Notes: generated from the sequence alone by a model not told the origin. Counted from the stretch's first letter, positions 7,781 through 16,899 are shown. The stretch: 34,458 nucleotides of DNA from a virus (IMGVR_UViG_3300030372_002192:1-34458), one strand, 5' to 3'. Numbers and translations are program-made.

Positions 7781-8256
7781 TGTCCTAATTCCTTATCAAA
7801 TATAAAACCATCTACAGTTTTCAAAATTAAACCATCATTAGTTTTATTTCCTTGTTGTTCTCTTAATGGAGTAACCTCACCATTACCCTCGTGAGTAATT
7901 ATCTGGTTACCTATATGGGTAATGGTTTCGTTACCCTCAGATTTAATAAATGCAGTTCCTTGTGGTGCCAGCAAATAGTAAATCGATGAGGTTTCACGAC
8001 CATCTTTGAATCGCCTCTGCCTAGTTATCAAGCCAGCTTCTTCTAATTCACGTTTAGCGGCTTTTACTGTATTTAATGCGGTACCGGGAGGGAACCGTTC
8101 TAACACAGCACGGTTAGATGGATAGCACTTATCATCGTCATAACAAAACGATGCCAGTGCTATCCATAACCGTAAAGCAGATGGACTAATTTTCTGAGTT
8201 AGTATCGAACGAGGTATCACAACGTAATCCTTCGCACGCCATCTTTGTTTTTTCAT
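7756..8256 (-). CDS. Winged-HTH replication initiator-like protein
   Basis: ALRLWIALASF..CYPS...ELEEAGLI...SSIY pattern; internal DNA repeats. Confidence 0.75.
   Translation of the reverse strand: MKKQRWRAKDYVVIPRSILTQKISPSALRLWIALASFCYDDDKCYPSNRAVLERFPPGTALNTVKAAKRELEEAGLITRQRRFKDGRETSSIYYLLAPQGTAFIKSEGNETITHIGNQIITHEGNGEVTPLREQQGNKTNDGLILKTVDGFIFDKELGQWVEPEKK
7869..7940. repeat. Three 24-bp iteron-like repeats, putative replication origin
   Basis: G(A/G)GTAA-N8-TTACC at 7869, 7893, 7917, next to an AT-rich tract at ~7790-7865. Confidence 0.6.
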
Positions 8257-8266
8257 TATGCCCCTT

Positions 8267-8956
8267 TTAGAAAGAATCTACAGCAGGTTCTATATTTCCG
8301 GGAGAACTTTCTTCTAGGTCATCAAAAGATTCAACATTATCTAAAAACGTATGTACTTGTTCTAATTGGTCATCGTTTAAGTATTCTAATTTAGGTAAGT
8401 TTGCATCTTTCCATAAACCTCTAAAAATGGTTCTTTGGTTTCTTGGCAAAACGTTTATCCGTTCCCTTAATTTAAGTTGTTGGTCATCGGATATGTACAT
8501 GGCGTTTCGGTCAATTTCTTCTGCCGATACTTCACCCATTCCAAATAAATCAGCGGCGGCCCGGTTTTTCGCTCTGGTTTCTGCCGTAGCTGGAATGTCG
8601 TGGGTTGCTTTACGCCCAGCATTCCGTTCCTCGACTGAGCAAGCACCCCAGCCATCAGCGTGTCTGCCGTTAGGAGCTGTTGCCCTAATTACAAACTCTG
8701 CGGCTTTTAGGTTGCCGTTATCATCCCAAAAAATTTGTCTATCGACAATGGTGAATGAAACACCATAGGCGACAGCTAATTTTCTCCACGCTGACCGTTT
8801 AGCAAAACGTCTGCCTTTTATTTCTTGCCAGTCTGCTTCATTTAATAATGAAACACAAAGGTCTTGGTATTCTGCCATTGCGCTAACAAGGTCTTTGGTA
8901 CTCCCGGTAGGTCGCACCAAAGCCATGTTTTGCGGCAGTTCTATTTCTTCTGCCAT
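8267..8956 (-). CDS. Putative ssDNA-annealing recombinase
   Basis: WRKLA...G.GACS..E...ATAETRAKNRA..D..G...SAEE pattern; upstream of initiator. Confidence 0.6.
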   Translation of the reverse strand: MAEEIELPQNMALVRPTGSTKDLVSAMAEYQDLCVSLLNEADWQEIKGRRFAKRSAWRKLAVAYGVSFTIVDRQIFWDDNGNLKAAEFVIRATAPNGRHADGWGACSVEERNAGRKATHDIPATAETRAKNRAAADLFGMGEVSAEEIDRNAMYISDDQQLKLRERINVLPRNQRTIFRGLWKDANLPKLEYLNDDQLEQVHTFLDNVESFDDLEESSPGNIEPAVDSF

Positions 8957-8965
8957 TAATCCTCC

Positions 8966-9229
8966 TTAGTTTGTTAATGGTTTAACAAAAGCCTGTAGGG
9001 CTTCTGCGATTGCTTTTAAGAAATGCCCTGCTGGCAAATCTTCGTTATGACAAACAAAACTGATTTCTTGCTGGCTATATGAGCTGTTTGAATCACCATG
9101 ATTTTGAACGGTGATTATGAAAGTATCAATTTTTTCATCAGCGCTTGCTTCAACTTTTACCTCTGGTGTTTTACCAGCATGGAAAACTGAAAAGCGAGCC
9201 TTGTTATATGAAGCGATATGTTCTCTCAC
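8966..9229 (-). CDS. Hypothetical protein
   Basis: GTG start behind TTAAACCAAGAAAGGAGG. Confidence 0.75.
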   Translation of the reverse strand: MREHIASYNKARFSVFHAGKTPEVKVEASADEKIDTFIITVQNHGDSNSSYSQQEISFVCHNEDLPAGHFLKAIAEALQAFVKPLTN

Positions 9230-9273
9230 GCCCCCTCCTTTCTTGGTTTAATTGGTTTATGTGATTGTAATGT

Positions 9274-9624
9274 TTACAGGTGAAAATCCAACAAGCCGTT
9301 ATCGACAATACGATAGTAAGCCTGTCGGCGTTCTCCCGGAGGTTGCATCATTTTAGTTGCAACAGGTACGCCGTATTCGTCACGAAGCTGTCTAGCCCTT
9401 CTCGGACCGTCACCGTTTACTAGGGTACGTAGTTCATCACCACTAACCCACCGATGATCCTTCTCCATCAAATACTCATACACCGTTCTACAACTCCCGG
9501 TAGTATCACCTAATTTTTTAATAGCGGCAAATTCCATACCGCTCGTTTTTTCAACGTTAGTTCGTATCCGCTGATGATTGTTCAGCTTTTCCCAACCTCG
9601 TTGACAGGTAGGACAAACCTTCAT
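9274..9624 (-). CDS. Hypothetical HTH-like protein
   Basis: CPTC N-terminus, RRARQLR..G wHTH-like segment, ATGA overlap. Confidence 0.7.
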   Translation of the reverse strand: MKVCPTCQRGWEKLNNHQRIRTNVEKTSGMEFAAIKKLGDTTGSCRTVYEYLMEKDHRWVSGDELRTLVNGDGPRRARQLRDEYGVPVATKMMQPPGERRQAYYRIVDNGLLDFHL

Positions 9625-10007
9625 AGATTTGCCGTTTCTTCTTTTGGTGTTTTGTCGAAAGCCAGCAAAAACCCTTCCTTAGAATACGTTTTGCCATCTC
9701 TGACTAAATAAATTTCGCTACCCCAATCACCATGCCATTTCACATGAATCATGTGATTATAGCTATCGTGGTCTTGCGGTGTTTGCGCTATCCCGAAACT
9801 TGTTGTGCCGTGAATGTCGTCTTGAACCATTGTACTAAAAACGATTCTGGTGAAATAAGCTGGATCATTAGTCCTACCTTTTCGCAACGCATCACAAACA
9901 ACTTGATCAAGATGCTGACCCATCCAATGGCTGTATAGGTAAAGCGGATTTGTCTCTACGTTATACGCATCGGGTTCGTGGATCACTATTGTGTTTCTGT
10001 CACCCAT
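9621..10007 (-). CDS. Hypothetical phage protein (MGDR...YLYSHW type)
   Basis: AGAAAGGAG SD; 128 aa. Confidence 0.8.
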   Translation of the reverse strand: MGDRNTIVIHEPDAYNVETNPLYLYSHWMGQHLDQVVCDALRKGRTNDPAYFTRIVFSTMVQDDIHGTTSFGIAQTPQDHDSYNHMIHVKWHGDWGSEIYLVRDGKTYSKEGFLLAFDKTPKEETANL

Positions 10008-10087
10008 TTGGTAACTCCTTTCTGATGGTACTAACCACCTATTTACGCACCCACCCGGAGATGCGCAAAGAGTTAATTAGTATCTCG

Positions 10088-10267
10088 TCATTTGTATACC
10101 ACCACCGTTTCATTGTTTCGTAATTGATATTCAAAGCCCATCCTCTGCGTTTCGACCAGAACATGATTACAGAATGGCGTTATTTTTGTAATAGTTCCAT
10201 ATTCTGTTTTCATTCCGACACGAAGCTGGGATGCCTGTTTTCTTTTTGGTTTATTAGTTAACTCCAT
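10088..10267 (-). CDS. MELT-leader cassette gene 2 (59 aa, missing from ORF track)
   Basis: MELTNKPKRKQASQLRVGMKTEYGTITKITPFCNHVLVETQRMGFEYQLRNNETVVVYK*; ATG 6 nt after a -10 box; no clear internal SD. Confidence 0.8.
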   Translation of the reverse strand: MELTNKPKRKQASQLRVGMKTEYGTITKITPFCNHVLVETQRMGFEYQLRNNETVVVYK

Positions 10268-10358
10268 ACGGAAAACATATCAACATTACATAATGATGTA
10301 AACCCTATTTATATAAAATAAAGTTTACATACCGGGCCAAAGACCGTATGATCAACAC
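10268..10358. promoter_or_regulatory. Divergent class I promoter pair
   Basis: Minus TTTACA-17-TATGTT-6-ATG; plus TTTACA(10324)-17-TATGAT(10347)-6-ATG. Confidence 0.88.
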
Positions 10359-10631
10359 ATGGAGTTAACAACTAATCAAACCAAGAAAGGGAACTCAATG
10401 AAATACACAGTACAAGTTACTGTTGAATTTGAAGGCGAGTTAGAGGTTGATGCGGTCGATTCAGACCAAGCACGATCACTCGCAGAATCAGCAGTACAAG
10501 AATTATTAGAAGCTGAAGGAACAGTGTTTGAACCTTACCGCCGACCAACCGAAATAATCGGAATGGGGCCCGGTATAGAAAAACACTACGTTATCAGCCT
10601 AACAGCTATAGACGGAAGAATAGATCAATAA
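10359..10631 (+). CDS. MELT-leader cassette gene 3 (alternative start 10398)
   Basis: Conserved leader; MKYTVQVTVEF...VDA.....A...A small alpha/beta pattern. Confidence 0.85.
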   Translation: MELTTNQTKKGNSMKYTVQVTVEFEGELEVDAVDSDQARSLAESAVQELLEAEGTVFEPYRRPTEIIGMGPGIEKHYVISLTAIDGRIDQ

Positions 10632-10981
10632 TGGAATACACTTATTTACAACTAAAGCAGGTTGTCGAGGAGGCACCTGAATTTAGAGAAAAAACGGCTA
10701 GGGCTTTCATTAACTGGAAGATAACTAATAAACACGAAGCCGCTCTCTGGATAGTAGGAATGACCCACGCAGGAGTTGATTTCCACTGGGATGAAAACCC
10801 ATCAACGATAATAGATGGCAACGGCGAAAAACTATTCAGCGTAGTTGAAGCCGCTAAGGTTAGGCGACAACAACAAGCATGGTTTCAATACGGTGGTTGG
10901 GGATTATACGAAGATAAGGTCTACGGTAAAGCCCTTTGTACAGCAAGCGGTTTAACATATTGGGGTGACGAGGAGTTCTAA
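10631..10981 (+). CDS. Hypothetical protein
   Basis: TAATG coupling; followed by terminator. Confidence 0.8.
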   Translation: MEYTYLQLKQVVEEAPEFREKTARAFINWKITNKHEAALWIVGMTHAGVDFHWDENPSTIIDGNGEKLFSVVEAAKVRRQQQAWFQYGGWGLYEDKVYGKALCTASGLTYWGDEEF

Positions 10982-11016
10982 AAAAAAAGCCTCTCCTTAC
11001 CGGGAGAGGTTTTTTT
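10980..11016. terminator. Intrinsic terminator
   Basis: A-tract, GCCTCTCCT-TACC-GGGAGAGGT, T-tract. Confidence 0.9.
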
Positions 11017-11065
11017 ATGCCCAAAAACACTTGTAAACCCACCATAGATAGATTACATTCGTTAT

Positions 11066-11590
11066 GTGGCGTTTTTAAGTGGGAATAAGAAAACAGATTC
11101 TGTTGAACTTGTAGACCCTAAAACATTAAACATTCACCCTAATAACCCACGTTTAGGGGATGTAGGGGCTATCGCAACATCAATAGAACAAAATGGGTGG
11201 TACGGAACGATTGTTGCCCAGAAAAGTACTAGCAACGTTTTAGCTGGCAACCATCGATTACAAGCCGCTATTCATTTAAGCATGGATGAAGTCCCGGTCT
11301 ATTGGGTAGATGTAAACGATGACGAAGCCCAAAAAATAGTTTTAGCTGATAACAGGACAAGTGACTTAGCATCATACGATGAGCAAATCCTCTCGACATT
11401 GCTAAGTGAAATAGCGGCAAACGAAGATTTAATAGGAACAGGTTATGACGGAGATGACGTAGATGCCCTAATAGCAGACCTAGTAGACCCCACCAGCTTC
11501 AACCCCACCGACTTTGATGAAGAACCACGGCTAGACGAATACACAGAAATACAATGCCCAGAATGTGGGCATACGTTCCAAAAGAAATAA
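11066..11590 (+). CDS. ParB/Srx-like N-terminal domain protein with C-terminal zinc ribbon
   Basis: HPNNPR...SI...G....I....AGNHRLQAA...LADNRT; CPECGH. Confidence 0.85.
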   Translation: MAFLSGNKKTDSVELVDPKTLNIHPNNPRLGDVGAIATSIEQNGWYGTIVAQKSTSNVLAGNHRLQAAIHLSMDEVPVYWVDVNDDEAQKIVLADNRTSDLASYDEQILSTLLSEIAANEDLIGTGYDGDDVDALIADLVDPTSFNPTDFDEEPRLDEYTEIQCPECGHTFQKK

Positions 11591-12324
11591 TGGGAAACAA
11601 CTTCAGCGATGTTACCGTCACAGGTTGCAGTCTAGAAGCCGCAACGTACGCTGTCGAGAACTGGCATTATTCTGAAGGGTTACCCTCCGGGAAGTTAATA
11701 AAAATTGGGATATGGGAAGGGCAACCCCAAGAGTTCATAGGATGCATTATTTTCAGCAGAGGAGCAAGCCCTTGGCTAGGGACACCGTATGACCTTCAAC
11801 AAAACCAGTTATGCGAATTAACACGAATAGCTATGCGCCACGATCACAAAGTACCAGTCACCTATGTAGTAGCGAAAGCATTAAAGATGCTGAAAGAAAA
11901 AAATAGAAACATACAACTTGTTTTCTCATTCGCTGATCCAGATCAAGGACACCACGGCGGAGTTTATCAAGCAGGCAACTGGATATATGCAGGCGTTACC
12001 GGGACTAGCCCAATGTATTACATAAACGGAAAATGGACACACAACCGAACCGTTGCATCAAAAATGAAAAACGGAAGCCTACGCCCAGACTTTTATCAAT
12101 GGGCAAAAGAAACAAATAGGACAAGGATGCCACCACCTAAGCACCGATACCTATACCCTTTTAATAGGAAGTTACGAAAAAAGATATTAGAAGAACAATA
12201 CGACCCAAACAAACCACATGCGGTGGAAGTATCAACGAGCGATACGTCGTCAATCCTTGACGAAGGGGCAGGTGCGATTCCTGCACACCGCTCTACCATT
12301 GCGACAGATAACTCTGTCCACTAG
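11590..12324 (+). CDS. mom: Mom-family adenine-modification enzyme (GNAT fold)
   Basis: WHYS, ELTR, FSFADPDQGHHGGVYQAGNWIYAG, KHRYLY motifs; TAATG coupling to ParB-like gene. Confidence 0.85.
   Translation: MGNNFSDVTVTGCSLEAATYAVENWHYSEGLPSGKLIKIGIWEGQPQEFIGCIIFSRGASPWLGTPYDLQQNQLCELTRIAMRHDHKVPVTYVVAKALKMLKEKNRNIQLVFSFADPDQGHHGGVYQAGNWIYAGVTGTSPMYYINGKWTHNRTVASKMKNGSLRPDFYQWAKETNRTRMPPPKHRYLYPFNRKLRKKILEEQYDPNKPHAVEVSTSDTSSILDEGAGAIPAHRSTIATDNSVH
12220..12295 (+). tRNA. tRNA-Gly(TCC)-like RNA, probably non-translational, inside mom 3' end
   Basis: Cloverleaf: acceptor GCGGTG/CACCGC + T73, D stem GTAT/ATAC, anticodon stem TCGTC/GACGA with TCC at 12254-12256, 4-nt variable loop, T stem GCAGG/CCTGC. 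Confidence 0.8.
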
Positions 12325-12333
12325 GCTCTGTAC

Positions 12334-12819
12334 ATGCCTAAAGTACAAACAAATCGAACACCTGAAGTACTCGCTAAATACGAGGAAGTAATACGGCTAC
12401 GATCATTAGGTTTAAGTTTTCAAGCAATAGCGGACAGATTAGGTTACGCAGGGAGATCAGGTGCAAGGGAAGCCTATAGCCAAGCAGTTACTTTATGGGG
12501 TGGCGAAGCTGTCGAGGAACTGCGATTAGTTGAAAACGAACGTTTAGATTATTTACTGCGAACGGTAGTAGCGCAAATAGAACAAGCGGTAAGGGAAACA
12601 GAAACATCTCCCGGAGAAATAAGCCAGTTAGTTAATACGGCTGTAAACATTTCAAAACGCAGAGCCGCGTTAAACGGATTAGACCCAGCACGCAAACATG
12701 AAATATCAGGAATAGATGGGGAAGCGATACAAACAGATGTAGGCGAAATGTTAAGGGCCCGGTTATCTACGTTAGAAGCAAACACCTTTAATCCTGAGAT
12801 AGAAAATGCCAGCAAATAG
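12334..12819 (+). CDS. terS: Terminase small subunit (HTH)
   Basis: LRSLGLSFQAIADRLGY HTH; RRAALNGLD; HEISG.DG..I; precedes terL. Confidence 0.75.
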   Translation: MPKVQTNRTPEVLAKYEEVIRLRSLGLSFQAIADRLGYAGRSGAREAYSQAVTLWGGEAVEELRLVENERLDYLLRTVVAQIEQAVRETETSPGEISQLVNTAVNISKRRAALNGLDPARKHEISGIDGEAIQTDVGEMLRARLSTLEANTFNPEIENASK

Positions 12820-14161
12820 CAATTCGACTAAAATCGATAAACTAGTCGAAACTGAACAAAAATCAATTATCCAGCGGTTAATGCAACTAGAACCTAATTG
12901 GTATGAATCACTAAGCGATGAAGAAAAAATACAGGCTATGTGGGATTGGACACTATGGGCTAGACCGAAACAATTACCTCCTCCCGGTAACTGGCGCATT
13001 TGGCTCATACTCGCTGGGCGTGGATTCGGCAAGACGAGAAGCGGAGCAGAATGGGTACGACAACAAGTCGAGAACGGAAATGCTGGCAGAATCGCTTTAG
13101 TTGGCGCTACTGCCGCTGATGTTAGGGACACAATGGTAGAAGGTGAATCGGGCCTGTTGCGCATCTTCCCGGAGAAAGACCGCCCACGCTATGAACCATC
13201 TAAACGGCGTGTAACGTTTACTAACGGCGCCATTGCAACAGCGTTCTCCGCAGACGAGCCTGATAGGTTGCGTGGTCCTAACCACGATTTAGCGTGGTGT
13301 GACGAAATAGCCGCTTGGCGTTATCCCGATGCGTGGGATCAATTAGTTTTTGGTTTGCGTATCGGTGACAACCCACGTTTAGTAGCTACAACTACACCAC
13401 GCCCAACAAAATTAATTAAGTCATTAGTAGACCGGGAGGACTGTTTTGTTACTACAGGTAGCACTTATGAAAACACCGCTAACCTAGCACCTACGTTCAT
13501 TAAGGAAGTTCTATCCCGGTATGAGGGGACAAGGTTAGGTCGGCAAGAGTTACATGCTGAAATTCTTGACGATGTTGATGGTGCATTATGGAATCGACAA
13601 CTAATTGAAAACTGTAGGGTGAATAATTACCCTGAATTATCACGCATAGTCGTAGGAATAGACCCAGCAGTTAGTAGCGGAGAAAGTTCAGCCGAAACAG
13701 GCATAGTAGCTGTCGGTGCTGACGCTAACGGCAACGCATATGTTTTAGATGACAAATCCATTAAAGGCTCCCCGGTTGAATGGGCAAACGCCGCTATCGC
13801 TTTATACCATCGTTCATCTGCTGACCGAATCGTAGTAGAAGCAAACCAAGGTGGCGACATGGTTAGGCATACGCTACAAACAGTTGAATCGAACATACCT
13901 ATTAAAACCGTTCATGCAAGTAGGGGCAAAAGAACCAGAGCTGAACCTGTAGCCGCATTATATGAACAAAATAAAGTTAAACATGTCGGTAGTTTTCCAC
14001 AGCTTGAAGATCAAATGTGTTCGTGGACAACTGATAGCCAATCACCCGACAGACTAGATGCTTTGGTATGGGCAGTGACGGAGCTACTTGTAGGTGCTAA
14101 ACTACCACCAGCGGTAATTCCGTTTGGTTCTACACAAGTTAGCCCTTGGGAGATTAAATGA
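12806..14161 (+). CDS. terL: Terminase large subunit
   Basis: AGRGFGKT Walker A, WCDE Walker B, TTTP, GIDPA and PDRLDA nuclease motifs. Confidence 0.95.
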   Translation: MPANSNSTKIDKLVETEQKSIIQRLMQLEPNWYESLSDEEKIQAMWDWTLWARPKQLPPPGNWRIWLILAGRGFGKTRSGAEWVRQQVENGNAGRIALVGATAADVRDTMVEGESGLLRIFPEKDRPRYEPSKRRVTFTNGAIATAFSADEPDRLRGPNHDLAWCDEIAAWRYPDAWDQLVFGLRIGDNPRLVATTTPRPTKLIKSLVDREDCFVTTGSTYENTANLAPTFIKEVLSRYEGTRLGRQELHAEILDDVDGALWNRQLIENCRVNNYPELSRIVVGIDPAVSSGESSAETGIVAVGADANGNAYVLDDKSIKGSPVEWANAAIALYHRSSADRIVVEANQGGDMVRHTLQTVESNIPIKTVHASRGKRTRAEPVAALYEQNKVKHVGSFPQLEDQMCSWTTDSQSPDRLDALVWAVTELLVGAKLPPAVIPFGSTQVSPWEIK

Positions 14162-15459
14162 GTGATGTCATAAAAGAACGCCCAACATCAACAGATTTCA
14201 TGGAGATCGGTTCTTCCGGGCTGGTGCAATACGGCGGAAGGGTAGAGGAAGATTTCCTACGCCAACTACAGGGCAAACGTGGCTATGCGATTTACCGGGA
14301 GATGTCTGAAAACCACCCAGTGATAGGTGGCATACTTTCAGCGATTGAAATGCTTTTTAGGTCTGTCGATTGGAATGTAATGCCATCAGATTCAGATGAC
14401 CAAAGGTCAGTAGAAGAAGCTGAGTTTGTTTCGCAATGCTTAAACGACATGTCTATCTCATGGCAAGATACGGTTAATAATATTTTATCTATGCTAACGT
14501 ATGGCTTTTCATATCATGAAATTGTTTACAAGCGCAGATCAGGGCATCAAGATGACGGAACCTCATCAGCATATAACGATGGGCGTATCGGCTGGCGCAA
14601 ACTACCTATGCGATCACAGGACACAGTCTATGAATGGAAATTCGACAAAACTGGTGGCATAGAAGGTTTAACGCAAATGAACCCGATAGCTGGTACCGGG
14701 CCTGTCTTTATTCCTATTGAAAAAGCATTGCTATTTAGAACCTCAACTAAGTTAAATAATCCAAGGGGCAGGTCAATTCTTCGTTCTGCTTATACTTCTT
14801 ACTATTACCAAAAACGCATACAGACTATTGAAGCGATAGGTGTAGAACGTGACCTTGCAGGATTACCTGTAGCGTTCGTACCTCCGCAACTGCTTTCAGA
14901 TAATGCGACATCTCAGGAATCAGCCGCACTTGATGAAATAAAACGCATCGTGCGGAACATTCGCAGGGATGAGCAGGAAGGGTTGGTGTTCCCTCTTGCA
15001 TACGACCCAGAAACGAAGCAGAAAGCCTACGACATTCAGCTACTGACGAGTGGCGGTCGTAGGCAATTTGATACTAACCAGATCGTAGCACGCTACGATG
15101 CTCGTATCGCAATGAGCGTCTTAGCCGACTTTATCTTACTTGGTCACGAAAAAGTAGGAACTCAAGCCCTATCTGTTTCTAAAATTGAACTCTTTTTAGA
15201 TTCAATAGAAGCGTGGCTATCAGGAATAGCTGATGTTTTTAATAACTATGCCATTCCCCGGTTAATGAAATTAAACGGAGTAGAAGAACAACTATCACCT
15301 ACATTGCATTACAGCGCACCTAGAGATCCAGATATAGGAATACTAGGCGACTATGTTTCTAAACTAACAGCTTCAGGTGCTATGCTACCTGACGATGATC
15401 TTTCCGATTACCTTAGAGACTTAGCAGGATTACCTACAGATGAAGCTGAAGCAGTCTAA
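14158..15459 (+). CDS. Portal protein (Mu gp29/DUF935-like)
   Basis: Follows terL; GFSYHEIVYK, NPRGRSILRSAY, GVERDLAGLP. Confidence 0.88.
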   Translation: MSDVIKERPTSTDFMEIGSSGLVQYGGRVEEDFLRQLQGKRGYAIYREMSENHPVIGGILSAIEMLFRSVDWNVMPSDSDDQRSVEEAEFVSQCLNDMSISWQDTVNNILSMLTYGFSYHEIVYKRRSGHQDDGTSSAYNDGRIGWRKLPMRSQDTVYEWKFDKTGGIEGLTQMNPIAGTGPVFIPIEKALLFRTSTKLNNPRGRSILRSAYTSYYYQKRIQTIEAIGVERDLAGLPVAFVPPQLLSDNATSQESAALDEIKRIVRNIRRDEQEGLVFPLAYDPETKQKAYDIQLLTSGGRRQFDTNQIVARYDARIAMSVLADFILLGHEKVGTQALSVSKIELFLDSIEAWLSGIADVFNNYAIPRLMKLNGVEEQLSPTLHYSAPRDPDIGILGDYVSKLTASGAMLPDDDLSDYLRDLAGLPTDEAEAV

Positions 15460-16666
15460 TAATGCGGTAACGGTCAAATTAGTTCAAAAGAAGCGTGGCG
15501 ATAACCACGAACCTAAATTTAGACCAGTTGAAAGCGATGAGTTAGATAAGACTGAACGGCGCATATATAAAGCAACGTTAGATGCTATAGAAGCAATCCC
15601 GGTGGACACATACCGCCGACTAATACGAAACCTAATGGATTTTGAAACCGTACAAGACGACCTAATCGGATTGCTACAACCTGAAACAGAAGCAATCGCA
15701 AAAGCAATTTTCGAGGGGTATGTGATAGGCGCAAGAGATATGGCGTTTCGCCTCCGAGAGGCTGTTAATGCTGAACTGAAACGGCTACAGTCTGATCTGC
15801 GTTTAGTGGGAGCAAACGAAATAAGTAAAGTAACTATTAGGGGAATGTATGAACCAGAAGTATGGACATCTCCAGAAATACCGCCCTTGTCTCTATTCGA
15901 TCAGCAACCTGACGACATGGCTGGAAAAGTATATGCCCGGTTTAGAGCATCTGAAATAATTAGTAGCGTCACAGATGATGTGCAAGCAAACATTGGCGTA
16001 ATAATCGAAGAAGCGTTCACAGCGCAACAAACTTTCGCCACCGGGAGAACCGTTACAGGACTTACTCCAGAACAAACAGCAAAACGTATCTACGGATTAT
16101 TACAAAACATCGGTCCTGTATCTCCCGGAGACTACGCAGAATTTGTCGCACCGTACACTAATGGGTTATTCCCAAAATGGGCTAAAGCTGTCGAGAACAG
16201 CATGAACCAATATGCAAACTCATTAAAAGATAAAGGTGTAGGAGATGAAACAGCTTTAGATAGAACTAAAAAACATGGCGAACGGTATGGAAACAAACTA
16301 CGCAGATCAAGAGCCAGAATGATAGCTAGGACTGAAATAGCATTCGCACAGAACAGAGGAATGTTGGATACTTTAATAAAAGCGAATAGCGATGGAGTAT
16401 TAGGGGCTACAGCACAAAAGCAATGGCTTACCGGGCCCACTGACGTTTGCGATGTATGTGTACCGATGGGAGGCAAAAAGGTTGGCGTTAGAGAAAACTT
16501 TAACTGGCGAGGCGGTAGCGGTCCTAATCCTCCAGCGCACCCTAACTGTAGATGTTTCATCCTCCCGGTACCGAAACTTAGCCAACCGCCTAACTATATG
16601 GGTACAGGCACGGATGCGGACCCTTTCCGATTCATGTTTGATTCGGGTTTTTCTATAAACGTTTAG
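15440..16666 (+). CDS. MuF-like minor head protein
   Basis: RARMIARTE, KQW....D.CD.C, PPAHPNCRC. Confidence 0.9.
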   Translation: MKLKQSNNAVTVKLVQKKRGDNHEPKFRPVESDELDKTERRIYKATLDAIEAIPVDTYRRLIRNLMDFETVQDDLIGLLQPETEAIAKAIFEGYVIGARDMAFRLREAVNAELKRLQSDLRLVGANEISKVTIRGMYEPEVWTSPEIPPLSLFDQQPDDMAGKVYARFRASEIISSVTDDVQANIGVIIEEAFTAQQTFATGRTVTGLTPEQTAKRIYGLLQNIGPVSPGDYAEFVAPYTNGLFPKWAKAVENSMNQYANSLKDKGVGDETALDRTKKHGERYGNKLRRSRARMIARTEIAFAQNRGMLDTLIKANSDGVLGATAQKQWLTGPTDVCDVCVPMGGKKVGVRENFNWRGGSGPNPPAHPNCRCFILPVPKLSQPPNYMGTGTDADPFRFMFDSGFSINV

Positions 16667-16876
16667 GCATCTGCTTTCCGACAAATACAGCTACTTTTTT
16701 GATAAAACACCTGTTTTTCGACAAAGGCACATCAAGGCACCTGCTTTCTCATTAAGGCACCTGCCTTATCGGTTAGGCACCTGTAATACCGGGAAGGCAC
16801 AAAAAAGCACCGCAATATCCCGCAATACAGCTGTATTTACTAAAAAGCAGGTGCATAATAGGGAAAGCACCTGACA
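16665..16876. repeat. Phased array of 12 AGGCACCTG-like repeats
   Basis: Copies recur at exact 20- or 10-bp spacing in a non-coding gap. Confidence 0.85.
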
Positions 16877-16899
16877 AACTTTTCGAGAAGTGCTAACCT
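16871..16899 (+). promoter_or_regulatory. Class II promoter of tail operon
   Basis: CTGACA-17-TAACCT; nearly identical to 24784-24812. Confidence 0.7.

Noticed and set aside
10042-10070. Hairpin between cassette gene 2 and the 10007 gene as a standalone ncRNA
   Set aside because: Single hairpin without U-tract or promoter; insufficient support beyond a possible processing site.
12220-12295. Canonical translating tRNA-Gly or attP site
   Set aside because: T-loop, D-loop, anticodon loop and CCA deviate from functional tRNAs; no integrase found in the genome.
16665-16876. CRISPR array or mini-array
   Set aside because: Repeats are ~9 bp with 10-20 bp period; no spacers of CRISPR size and no cas genes.
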